Assembly (NCBI GenBank): GCA_001938485.1
Contig: MQRK01235592.1
Span: forward strand, 30,270 to 82,179
From: Girardia tigrina
Lineage: Eukaryota
DNA length: 51,910 nt
Direction: 5' to 3'
The translations under genes were made by a program, and so were the position numbers. Position 1 is the first letter of the stretch; each line of letters opens with the position of its first letter. Below are positions 34,801 through 44,424 of this stretch, in pieces. The notes under the pieces were generated by a model that saw nothing but the letters and a program-made list of their open reading frames with translations, was not told where the DNA came from and did not search any database.

Positions 34801-36245
34801 TTGACTTTAGTTCTACAAATTTCATACTTAACGAACAAATAAAATGTGGCTTAAAATGTTATCGATAAACAAATATCAAACGATTTTTACTTATAAAATT
34901 GAAGCATTCCTCCGGTAATAAACATATTTCCAGGAACCTGGAACGACATTCGTCCAAAGAGAATCATCTTTTCCCCCGTTTCCGGATGGAATGCCGAATC
35001 ATAGATCTGTTTGGCTTTCCACAATTGATCCTCTGTCAGATCACCGTTCACTTTGCCTTGTCTTAATAGGAATTATAATCATATATTAAGATTAAAGTAT
35101 TTTCGGTTAATCTTTGAACCTCCCCCGTTGCTTAAAGTATTTTATATCTTGGGCCATATTTTATTTTGCTTCATTTCAAAAATATAATAGTAAAAAAGTA
35201 CTTTTTTAATTTTTGAAATACAAAATTAAAGTAAACGAAGAAAAAAATAAAAATTTTTAAAAATAAAATAGAAAAGTTAAAAATAAGACAAAAGCGAGAA
35301 AGAAATAACAAAAAATCAAAGAAAAAAGTACCGGAGTTTTCCATATAAATGCCTTTTCAAATATTTATAAATATTTGGTGGGGGCTGTTATACGAAAAAC
35401 TCCGATATATTCAAAAAGATGTAGTCACAATGGTTTCATCATTAGCACCATTTTTTATGAAGTCTCTTGGTTTTAGTCTCAAAATAATAATAATATTTTT
35501 AGATATTTTTGAGGGGGCTTATACTGAAAACTCCGGTAGGCTTTTTTAAGAATTACATGTAAAAAAATGAAAATTTAATTTGTTTCTTTAAACAATATTA
35601 ATTAAAAACTAAATTTTTTAAATATATATACATATGAGTGTGTGTGTGTGCGTTATGCCGAATTGGTTAATTAGACGAATTTTCGTCGAATTAACGAATT
35701 AGATAACCGACTTGCTGAATTCACGAAATCGGCAGTTCTTTAAAAAAAATTTTTATGCCATTATTGAATTAATATTAAAATTTAATATGAAAAAATATGT
35801 ATTTAATCTAAAAAAATATCACTTTAATATGAAAAAAATGTTCTAAAAATACATGTTTGCAATTCAGCTTGCCACCAAGGAAGAAGTTGTAATAACTATT
35901 AATAAAAAATTAACATTTGGAGTCTATTTAGGATAATAAATTGAGATTTTTTCATATTAAATTTATAATATTCCGCTTTTAATTGAGAAATTTTCATATT
36001 AAAATGAAAATTTTTCATGTACTTAGTGAGTGGGTTGCCAAATACGTGTCAAGAGAGGAGGCTCAAAGAATAACCGAATTTTTCACTTACCGATAATTAA
36101 CGACGATTTCTTTTGCGTTCTCAAGCTCTTGTGACGATTTAAAAATATTCAAAGGATTTGTGGTTATGAAGAAATGTTTTGCTCGACCCAAATACGTGCT
36201 TTGATCGTATCTCGGTTTCTCAATATTCACTTTCAACGGATTCAT
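14366..36245 (-). CDS. SFXN: Sideroflexin (mitochondrial inner-membrane amino-acid/tricarboxylate carrier family), complete 7-exon gene: complement(join(14366..14516,14566..14665,17624..17837,28482..28557,31040..31138,34891..35061,36091..36245)), 321 aa
   Basis: All six introns are GT-AG and phase-compatible; total CDS is 966 nt. Motifs: [74 protein letters not shown]-terminal VYFNKGL*. Confidence 0.95.
14566..14665 (-). CDS. SFXN: Sideroflexin exon 6
   Basis: [12 protein letters not shown]...[14 protein letters not shown]; a 49-bp GT-AG intron follows. Confidence 0.93.
16032..16070 (-). ncRNA. Degenerate minimal hammerhead-like motif (PLE type)
   Basis: Minus strand TGAC-GTGATGA-TAGGATTTTTATCTC-GAAA-CTAG-TA-GTC. 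Core C3 is replaced by G; palindromic CTAG loop. Confidence 0.35.
16370..16423. mobile_element. Orphan MULE-like TIR end
   Basis: Tandem GGTCTTTTG subrepeats ending ...AACACAAACCC. Confidence 0.35.
16608..16845. repeat. ~238-bp palindrome carrying two inverted hammerhead-like modules, between (TA)n tracts; probably Penelope-derived
   Basis: ~100-bp arms. Each arm reads TGCAA-AATGAGA-TGCCGTAAT(G/A)GC-GAAA-CATG-TT-T(T/C)GCA-AAATAAA. Confidence 0.8.
16970..17430. mobile_element. Foldback (palindromic) MITE centred at ~17182
   Basis: Nested inverted blocks: CTAGTAAATCAAAAA/TTTTTGATTTACTAG, GAACTCTACTT/AAGTAGAGTTC, TTATAAGTAGAT/ATCTACTTATAA, GGGACCTTAGAAA/TTTCTAAGGTCCC. Confidence 0.75.
17624..17837 (-). 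CDS. SFXN: Sideroflexin exon 5
   Basis: [27 protein letters not shown]...[10 protein letters not shown]; AG/GT boundaries. Confidence 0.95.
18750..19133 (+). mobile_element. mariner 3' fragment with right TIR
   Basis: [16 protein letters not shown] and [13 protein letters not shown]; terminal TTTTGCACGTACCTAG|TA. Confidence 0.8.
19353..19676. mobile_element. hAT-Charlie MITE resembling SPIN/URR1 non-autonomous elements
   Basis: Ends (G)AGCAGTTCTCAACCTGTGGGTTGCGACCCC ... GTTGAGAACCGCTG, flanked by 8-bp TSD-like CTCTAAAG / CTCTAGAC (NTCTAGAN target). Confidence 0.88.
19745..21640 (+). mobile_element. Tigger/TIGD1-like pogo element with both TIRs and an internally deleted, inactive transposase
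   Basis: TA|CAGTAATCCCTCGC ... GTGAGGGATTACTG|TA. Encodes a CENP-B-type HTH ([10 protein letters not shown]), [31 protein letters not shown] and an acidic tail. Confidence 0.95.
22505..22723. mobile_element. pogo-type MITE (219 bp)
   Basis: TA|CCGTATTTTCCGGTGGATAACGCGCACC ... GGTGCACGTTATCTACCGGAAAATAAGG|TA. Confidence 0.88.
23057..23361. mobile_element. hAT/P-like MITE
   Basis: CAGGGTTTTTAAGG ... CCTTAAAAAACCATG, a 7-bp duplication CTTATTT on both flanks, and internal TACACCC repeats. Confidence 0.7.
23380..24290 (-). mobile_element. Degenerate IS630/Tc1-like transposase remnant
   Basis: LIQDNTRIH followed by a frameshifted YLP(P)YS..FLNPI-like motif. Confidence 0.55.
26415..26850 (+). 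mobile_element. Possible degenerate piggyBac transposase 5' fragment
   Basis: Acidic N-terminal segment, then [11 protein letters not shown] (cf. ELKAFIGLLIL) and MLRF(D). Confidence 0.35.
27136..28378 (-). mobile_element. Full-length mariner (cecropia/Hsmar1-like), pseudogene (ATG 28190 to 27213)
   Basis: TA|TTAGGTTGTTTAAAAAA ... TTTTTTAAACAACCTAA|TA. Motifs [42 protein letters not shown]. Confidence 0.95.
28482..28557 (-). CDS. SFXN: Sideroflexin exon 4
   Basis: [25 protein letters not shown]; TTTAG/GTATG boundaries; phases fit both neighbours. Confidence 0.9.
29230..29420 (+). mobile_element. Penelope-like RT fragment
   Basis: [11 protein letters not shown] followed (frameshifted) by NKLPFLDIL, the PLE RT C-terminal motif. 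Confidence 0.6.
29740..30950 (-). mobile_element. Degenerate Penelope-like reverse transcriptase
   Basis: Minus-strand GVITGSP...FMKSLE, a DIF region, and KIKFT...[11 protein letters not shown], in the expected RT order; many stops. Confidence 0.65.
31040..31138 (-). CDS. SFXN: Sideroflexin exon 3
   Basis: [32 protein letters not shown]; TTTGCAG/GTAAG boundaries. Confidence 0.95.
31281..31352. repeat. 72-bp dispersed repeat, second copy at 37417-37488
   Basis: TGTCAATG..AAAAGATGTTTGAAGATATAATCGTATTCAT.TTACTTGTTTGAAGAATGATAGAAATAAA is nearly identical in both places. Confidence 0.85.
31553..33567. mobile_element. Long-TIR (~190 bp) non-autonomous element interrupted by a mariner insertion
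   Basis: 31553-31740 is the reverse complement of 33385-33567 (CTTATCTTTGAAAA, GACGCCATTTTAT, GACGGTGCAACCGTCATC, CACACTCAA). Confidence 0.75.
31836..33120 (-). mobile_element. Full-length mariner with DD35D spacing, pseudogene
   Basis: TA|CTAGAGTGATTCAAAAGTTTTTT ... AAAAAACTTTTGAATCTCCCTAG|TA. Motifs IVTGDEKW and RDNVPAH...[12 protein letters not shown] (35 residues between the last two D). Confidence 0.92.
33740..34840 (+). mobile_element. Degenerate mariner (cecropia-like), split by a MITE
   Basis: [11 protein letters not shown]|[32 protein letters not shown]. Confidence 0.8.
33939..34160. mobile_element. 222-bp MITE with subterminal repeats and a central telomere-like (CCCTAA)n tract
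   Basis: TIRs GGTTACTGAACTAATTTCAACAAA / TTTGTTGAAATTAATTCTGCATCC; duplication CAAATG/CACATG; degenerate CCCTAA repeats at 34013-34078. Confidence 0.85.
34891..35061 (-). CDS. SFXN: Sideroflexin exon 2
   Basis: [56 protein letters not shown]. Confidence 0.95.
35331..35536. mobile_element. pogo-type MITE (206 bp)
   Basis: TA|CCGGAGTTTT ... AAAACTCCGG|TA, with an internal copy of the right-end motif at ~35380-35407. Confidence 0.75.
36091..36245 (-). CDS. SFXN: Sideroflexin exon 1 (start codon)
   Basis: [33 protein letters not shown]...AKEIVVNYR; GTAAGT donor. Confidence 0.95.
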
Positions 36246-36456
36246 TTACAAATTTGTTTTTTTGAAAATAAAAATTTTCAAATATTACTACTACAACAAT
36301 TTACTAAAGTGAAATAAAAGTGAAAAATTTAAACAAAATATCAAGGTAATCGATTTAAATTACGCGTAATATGAAAATTTCCGATCGAGTTAAATTTAAG
36401 TTTTAAAAGTAAAACCGAAAAAAATAAATTAAAGTAATTAAATTTTAGTTCTAAGG

Positions 36457-36646
36457 CAGTGGTTTCCAACCTTTTAGTAACGGCACCCCCCTTTTATAAA
36501 AAATTGGTGCGCTCCCATATAAAAAACAAATTGTTGATTCATTTTTGTAACACATAATCGATTTTTTTGGTTTATATTCGAAAATGATATTTGGAAACAG
36601 CTGCATGTCCCCCTTGCAACAGTCTCGCGCCCCCTGTAAATTACTG
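36457..36646. mobile_element. hAT-Charlie-type MITE upstream of the sideroflexin start codon
   Basis: Perfect 8-bp TSD TTCTAAGG on both sides; ends CAGTGGTTTCCAACC ... TTACTG. Confidence 0.85.
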
Positions 36647-37959
36647 TTCTAAGGGGTTTAAATTTTATTTGATCCATTTTGTATCAAATTGTAATTGATT
36701 CAAATTTATATTAAATTGATTAGAAATAATAAAATACATTATTTATCTTCATTAAATTTTAGAAAAAAATATTTAATTTTTTTTCAAAAATTATTTTAAT
36801 ACTTCAAAGACGATTTTTAATTTTTACAAAAATTAGATAAATAATCATTGTTCCAGATAGAAATGGAAAAGAAAAATATATTTTTAAAAAATTTTTAATT
36901 TTAAGAAAAAAATATTTCTTTAAACAAAAAATTAATTATAAATCAATAAGAAAATAAATTGATTGTAGTAGTAATTTTCGTGTTGTTGTATATTGACTAT
37001 TTTTAATAATTTTTTTGTAGAGGTGATATTTTATATTTTTGATTTTGAATAATCGGTCGATTGATTGTGGCGATATCGATTTGTGTGATGTGGAAATCAA
37101 AGGGATTCTGAAATCCTTTGATCAGTGTAGTAATTTCATAAAATCAATTTATTTAAATAATTATAAAAATATTTTGTATATAATAAAAACCCTATATATT
37201 TATTTATAATTAATTATATTAGATAAAAATCAATAAAAAATAATCCTAATTTCTAAAAGTAAATCATTTTACGATATATTATTTTCCGAGTTATTACCAA
37301 TTCCGAACTTGTTCTTTCGTCCTGAGATATCATAAGCAGGGACACGACATTTCCGCTGTAAATTCTAGTGGAATCCGTGACACATTTTCACGGAATCCGC
37401 GGTAAATTTTTGCCTTTGTCAATGATCAAAAGATGTTTGAAGATATAATCGTATTCATTTTACTTGTTTGAAGAATGATAGAAATAAATTTTAATGCTTT
37501 TAACAATGCATTTTTAAAGTTTTTCAATCCTTCAGAATATTCAGAATCCTTCAGAAGACATCTTCATCAAAACTGATATTCATGACAAAATCGAAATTCA
37601 CTTATTTGTTTTTTAAAAGACAAAATATTTCGTTTGATTAGTGATACTTCTTTGAAATGCTTCAAGCAATCTGCTTTGCAATTTTCTAGGATCTGGTCGA
37701 TCACAGGATCGTACTTCATTTGCAAATTAAGAAGGTAATCATCCAAATATTTTCTTGTATATTTTTTCCGCAGTTATACTTTATATATTCCATTTATTTC
37801 ATTTTGGTGCATAAACATACACAGTCCATGGAATTATTTTATCTATATAGTTATTTTCATTTATATTGTTAAGTATTTTAAATAATTTTTTATTTATGAC
37901 TTTAAACATTCACATATATTACAATAAAAAATCTCATACGACTAATATAGTTACATATG

Positions 37960-38375
37960 TTTTCCATAAGAAGGCATAATTTACTACTTCAAACTTTATG
38001 TTGTGCTTCCCCTTCAAGCAACATTATTGGCGACTCTGAGCCCCCATCCGTTTTCCTTTAGAGTTCAACGGAAACTCTATAAAATTAAGTTAACTATATC
38101 TCGACGGGGAGTAGACGCGACTCTTTTGCCAGCATCAACGAGTTGTGCAGACATTAGAGCGCCTTCGGGTCCGTAACCAGTAACGAGGACATCCCGACTG
38201 GTAGCTGAGTTTCTAGAGGGGTAGATGTGAACTTTATTTATGCTTATCGTGAATCCATTTTATTTCCCTACAACGGACAAAGTTACCCAGAGCCACAAGT
38301 GACGGTCAGCCCACGTGCCCCTGTGCATTCTATGGGCCGCCTGCACCGTCTCTCTAGACCCTCTGTCAGTTTAAA
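37960..38375 (+). mobile_element. Possible LTR-retrotransposon 5' remnant (LTR end, PBS, leader)
   Basis: ...GCAACA followed 4 nt later by TGGCGACTCTG (38028-38038), complementary to a tRNA-Arg(TCT)-type 3' end; a GC-richer leader follows. Confidence 0.35.
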
Positions 38376-41300
38376 CTTGACTCATATAATTATACGAAGT
38401 TTATAATGTTATATATGATGTTTGTTTAAAGAAATACGGGTTCAACGTTAGACAATTTGTGTTCTTCTACATAAATGTTTAATCCTTTTACTTGATACTA
38501 AGGTACAAAATATCTGTAGAGTCGAACTTAATATTATTTATTGACAACATTGTTTAGCTAAAATGACAAACAAGACAGTACATGAAATTTATTCTAGTAT
38601 TTATGCTCAAAGACCGATAACTATTGTAAAACATTTGGTAATGTCATTTTTTGTATAATGTCAGAAAACGAAATTGATTTATAAGGTAAAACGGTAACGA
38701 TATTTTTATGACACAAATTTTGGCTCGCATGACCGTATGAAACACGGTTTATTTCTTGATAAGTAAATCTTTTCTAATTACAAATTAAATTTCGATTATG
38801 AAGTGTTTACGTAATCTGAATATTGCTGTATACAAAAAAATAAAATTGTAATCGTTATTTTAATAACTCAAGATCGATTGATAGATTTTCAATTAAATTA
38901 ATTTTAGTTTAGTTTGAAATAATAAGAATTTTAGTCGTCCTAATTGGTAAAATAATCGTTCTAATTGATATAAAATAATCAATACTTTGTTAAAATGAAT
39001 ACTTTGATACAACAAATTATGAATCAATCCATTTGATGCATGCATGTGTATATTGAAAACGGACGATTGCTACGCAACATGATGGAAGTATATTCTTATT
39101 ACGGTATCTTGCCAATTGTTACACTTCTCACATGCTCGTATGAAAGTCCGATATTCCACTGATTTCATCAACACAAAATATATTCGTTAACTTGATGGAG
39201 GATGTTGATTTGGCTGTTTCATTTCATTATCTGGTCTATTATGACCTTTTGTATCAGAGTTTTCAATTATTTTGGGAGTCATTATTTGATGAATTAATGT
39301 ATAGAGTACAATGATTATGATAACTACAATAACTATAATGGTGATAATAATAATGGTAATTGATCTGTTGCAGAACGAATCTCCAGTGTTGAATCGTCTC
39401 AAAGATGCTTGCGTACAAGTCTGTTAATATGAATACTTATTCTAATAATAATATCCGTATGAGGATATGAACTCGTCAGTATAATCGCCAATCGTATCTA
39501 CATGGAGATGCCAAAAAATAAATTAAACTAGAGTGAGGAAAATCTTTCAGTTCCATTATACTATCTGCAATCTTTAAAGTTTTTATTAACTCATTTGAAA
39601 TCTAAATTAGGATAACATTTATCGGTTCAATATTCGATTCCAAAGCGTGAACATTGTCATAATCCATTAGATCAGTTTTTGGTATGATTTCTTGTACTAT
39701 GAAAGGAGTATATAAAAAAATTGCATCAGCACATTCCAATTTGGGGCTTCTGTTCTTTATATTGAGATTTATTATATTCAATTTGGTTTGTGATTGATTA
39801 TTTACTTCTTGATTTGGCAGCATAAGATTTAAATGATTTTTAGGGCTTCGGTGAATCATTTAACGATTGGAAAATAAATTCTATTTCGTATTATTGATTT
39901 TTTACATTTTTAAAACAGTAAATTTATGTAAAGCTACAAAATTAAAAAAAGAAAAGTATATCAATCAAAAGGAATTTCCAAATATTCTGCAATTGAAATG
40001 CATAGTAACCGAGCAATATCAATTTCATTCTACTATTGCTCTTCCTACTCATTTCCTTCTAGAAGGTAACTTTATAAGGGGTTGCCACACTTCATCAATA
40101 AAAAAATCAGTGGAAGTGGTTATTTCATATTGTTGAAATTAATTATCGGATATCATTTAATTGAATATTTAATAACGTATAAAATAATTTAATTTGTTAT
40201 TGCTAACTTATACTAATATAAAAATGACATGTTTAACTTGACGATATCACTTGAAAATTTCTATAAACAGTTATATTATTTAAAGCATAAGGCTGTAATA
40301 ATTTCAATGTGATCTTTAATTTGATTATAATTAAAATCGATCGTTAATTATTCTTGAAGACCTCAATTAATTTTTTAAATAAAAATCAATGCAAAGTAAA
40401 TGTAATAATCAAGTATTTAATTATTTAGATATTCTAAAATTTATTACCTATTGAAATATAAAGTTATCTGAATTAGTTCTAATACTTTCCATTCAATAAA
40501 TATTTATTAATTTGCTCTTTGAAGTGAAGATTAGAATCTTAATTTCTCTCAAACACTTTTCATTTAATAAATATTTAATAATTCGAACGCATTGACTTAT
40601 GGTGTTTATAACTAAATTCGATCATTAATTATTCCGAAAATCTTAATCAATCTCGTAAATAAGAATTACTTGCAGACATTTTTGATAGATTACCAAATAA
40701 ATGTAACAACCAAGCACCTAATTATTTAAATACTTCAAATTTATTGTTAATCTTGTAAATAAGAATTACTTCCGTACATTTTCCATTAATGATAGATTAC
40801 AAAATAAATGTAATAATTAAGTATTTAATTGTTTAAATATTTTAAAATTTATTGTATATTGAAACCACAATTATTTAGTATTTACATCACTATCTACACG
40901 GGCGCAACTCAATCGCGTGTCAGAGCCCGAGGATCACCTCACCTGATCCCTCGGACTCGGAGACGGATTGTGATGTACCCCCATGTCGGCCTCGACCTTC
41001 ATCTCTATTAGGTAATAACTAACGAACAATTAGATAAAAGAAGATTTTTATTAAAATTATAAAATAGTACAAACAAGCATAATAATAAGATATAAAACGC
41101 GAATAAAGTACAATAATATACCGTAAATGTCTAGGATTTTCTTCAGATTAAATCGTGCAATTAAAATTAAAATGTCGTGGTCAGAATAAAAATTTTATTA
41201 ATTGTTTTGTGTAATTCAATTCAGTTCTGGTTAGTTCTGGTATGCCATCACAAAATCCGCAAGTTTTATATAAAATGTTGTTCTGGCAGCGGATGTCGCA

Positions 41301-41689
41301 ACTCACTACGAACCGCAGTCTCGACCACAGGTGAAGCGGAAACCACCGTCAATGTACAGCCGCGGAATCAAAAGGTCGAAAACCGTGGAACGGAAACCGC
41401 GTAGAATATCGTTCGTCCTGTTTACAGGATGTCGAATTGGCATCGTCGTCAGGATTTGTAAGTTTAATTAATTAACCTTTAAAAATCTTTAATTAAGGTT
41501 TTTTGTTTTTTAGTCATCTGAAGCAGCGGACCGGAATCTCGACCCAGCTCGTCATCCTGACAAGCTGAGGGCCCATTTACAAACACTTGAGGATAGTCGA
41601 GTTTGACTATCCTCAAAACAAACGAAATACGGGCGTAAGGGGTGTCGGGCTTGGGAAAGGATGAAGGCACTCTGCAGTTATACAATGGT

Positions 41690-43425
41690 ATCGGTTCGTA
41701 ACATTTATTTAAATACAGTCGCAAAAGACCTGAGGTGTTTTCCGGAGTCAATCGCTGTTTGAGAGAGGTAAACACTTGGTTGAAAGCACTGAATGACCGC
41801 TCCACATCACTGCTGTGGACATTGTACTGTAGAAGTAAAACAGCTCGCGCAGCAAGATTGGGAACACTATTTTCAACAGCTTTTCAAAACTGTAATGGAT
41901 TGGTAAAACTTTTGCTGATATCTACAACTAATCGAAGGCAAACTAGCCACTCTTCATCGCAAATGTCAGGAAGTCTCAAATCTGCCTTCAATACTGTACA
42001 GTAGGAAACTTCGACCGCTAGTAACTGAGATGGATCAAGAATGCGCACAGCCTTTAAGAAACGAATGCATGGCTATTTTTTTCCTACATATACTCTTTCA
42101 ATTTCAATGCTGCCGCAATAGCGACAGAAGCTCAATTTTCGTCAATGACTGAAGAAGAAAGGTGGATAAGCCAAGAAGTCAAGTCTTGCATTAGGTTATA
42201 AACTTCCTGGACTTGAGGCTTTCATGATTGGCACACATGCAGCGCAGCTATCAAGCGGGGACAGTTGGAAGCGAGGAAAGGGAAATGATCACTTAGACTG
42301 CTTGATGAAAGAAGAGAAGATAGCTCCTTATTCCTCACGCTCCTTGCTAATGAAGGCAGAATAATGCGGAATGAAGGATGCGTGGTAAAGGAATGCTTCA
42401 AACCAGGTGTTCCATCGCGGTAAAACAGGTTCTGGAGGAAAAGAATATAATTCAACTGCCCATGATTGTAGGTGCCAAGGAAAGCGATTTCGGCGAGCCG
42501 GTGCCTTAATGAGGCAGGACTTTAATTGTGAAACGCAACGATCGACATCAGGCATTCTCTGTCGCATAACATTACCAGCAAGAGATATAATGTGTGCACG
42601 ACAGTGCATGTGTTGACAGTTAATCCACAACAAAGAGAGAAGGTCCTTCCACGCTTTGGCAAAGTACGAGGCACTGTCAGTTACAAATAACAGCACATTC
42701 TGAAAATTAATTTGAAAAGCGCTGCAGCACTGAATTGGAACTTGCGATACACTTGCATGGTTTACTTTGTCAATGTAAACCGTTTTAACAAGCAGTCATG
42801 TGGACAGTTCATCATAAAATTAATTACCCAAAAAGCTCATAATTAAATTAAATTAAATTAAATTAAATTAAAGTCTGTAAGTTGGTATGCAGGGCACAGT
42901 ATCTGGAATAGAATGTTAAAAACAGGGCAATTTTGGAGATCCATCGTTTCATCAGCGATAATGTTCAGGAATGTGTTACGATCCACGAGTATACGGAGCT
43001 TTGTATCGTGCTCCTCAATCAATGCAGGTAGATGGTGAAGGCGCAGAGAATCCGATTTAGGTACAGTACTTCCACCTTTTACATATGTGGATAAGAACTG
43101 GCGGACAATGGGATGATGGGTTTTTTCAATGGGGATGTTAGCGCGCACGAGCATATCCAGAGAATCATGAGTTACTTTATCTCTCTGCTCTTTAGCAGTG
43201 ACTTGCTGTTCAAATAAAGTCATCCCCGTACACTGCCTCTTAGCTGTACCCACCCGACGAAACTTCTGTCTGAGATTTCAGCGTAGCTTCTTTATGCTTG
43301 GCGCTGTTGAGATGATCTATGATGGTTTGGCGTCACACATGATCAACATCCATGTTACAAAATGAGCAGAAGAGAATTTGCTCATCGCTGGGAAATTTAT
43401 CTTTTCCAAAATCTGCTACTCGGTC
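41690..43425 (-). mobile_element. CGGBP1-related hAT transposase pseudogene
   Basis: N-terminus DRVADFGKDKF..DEQILFCSFCNMDVDHV*RQTIIDHLNSAKH (CGGBP1-like zinc finger), then ANIPIEK, IIADET, FVTDSASYF, HCRAH, LPRWNTW, and the hATC motif SSDVERSFS. Confidence 0.88.
42840..42872. repeat. (AATTA)n pentanucleotide repeat interrupting the hAT ORF
   Basis: AATTAAATTAAATTAAATTAAATTAAATTAAA. Confidence 0.85.
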
Positions 43426-43943
43426 AATAAAAATATCAATATTGGTATTACTTATTTATTTAATGTCTCGAGCTCTGTTAGATTTACAAAATCTACCGAA
43501 ATTCAAGGAAAATTTATTTTACAGTTTATTTATTCAAACTTTTTTAAAAAATAATTTTAAATAAAAATATTCATTTTAAATAAATTTTAAATTTTCAAAT
43601 TTAAGTACTGCTTTCATTTAGGATTTTAAATTGATGCAATAAAATTTAATTTAAATTACTAAATCGATGAAAACTCAAATATACAATTTTAGAAAATAAT
43701 CAACTTAAATAACCTCACACCGAATACTAAACCAATTACTGATTTTTAGGAAATGAAGGTTTATTCTTTTTGCAGGTTTAAAATTATAAAATTACTCTAG
43801 TACAAGTTTAGAGGAAAGAATTCATTTTGTTTACATATTTACTGATAAATGAAAATATAAATTTCCTTTGGTAAAAATTTTTAACACTAACAAAAAATTG
43901 ATCTAATCATATAAATATCAAATTAACTAAGTATGTTTATTAA

Positions 43944-44136
43944 TCCTTAGTCGACCATCAATAATTTCCAGTACCACAAATAAGTTGTGCTATATTGTAA
44001 GCCTAATAATTTTATTATTTTTAAATGTTCATAATTAATATAAAAATAAAATATAGAAAAATTAAAATCATGTCACAAAGCGGGCAGTACAGCACAAATT
44101 TTGTTTAGTACTGAAAATCCGACAGTCAACTAAGGG
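43944..44136. mobile_element. piggyBac-type MITE (193 bp) just upstream of the BORA-like gene
   Basis: TTAA|TCCTTAGTCGAC ... GTCAACTAAGGG|TTAA, with further internal inverted blocks (CAGTAC..TTGTGCT / AGCACAA..GTACTG). Confidence 0.75.
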
Positions 44137-44304
44137 TTAATAAAAACATTAGAAAATATACAAAAAAAATTTATAATTCAAATTACGTCAGAATAAAGTT
44201 CGTATGATTAATTACCAATTTTTTCATATAAACAGTTGTTTAAATATTCATAATTTTCAGCCAAATTCATAATATCGATTAATTTAAATCATTTCGTTTA
44301 ATTA

Positions 44305-44321
44305 ATGAGTTCAGAGCCACG
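44305..44321 (+). CDS. Probable first coding exon of the BORA-like gene (MSSEP-R)
   Basis: ATG AGT TCA GAG CCA CG|GTATG; the phase-2 donor fits the TCCAG|A acceptor at 44424. Confidence 0.55.
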
Positions 44322-44424
44322 GTATGAAATTTTTTGTAATTTTTATCGTATTTTATTTATCTCCATGAAATAAATCGCGCATGTGAATATGATTTTGTTT
44401 TTTTCTTTTGGTTTCAAAATCCAG

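Noticed and set aside
37600-37840. Extra sideroflexin 5' exon or Merlin transposase tail (RKYLDDYLL)
   Set aside because: The sideroflexin CDS is already complete from 36245; the Merlin resemblance is too weak to call.
37337-41420. One large hAT element bounded by CAGG...CCTG
   Set aside because: The 8-bp flanks (ATCATAAG vs TTTACAGG) do not match and the ends are only loosely similar.
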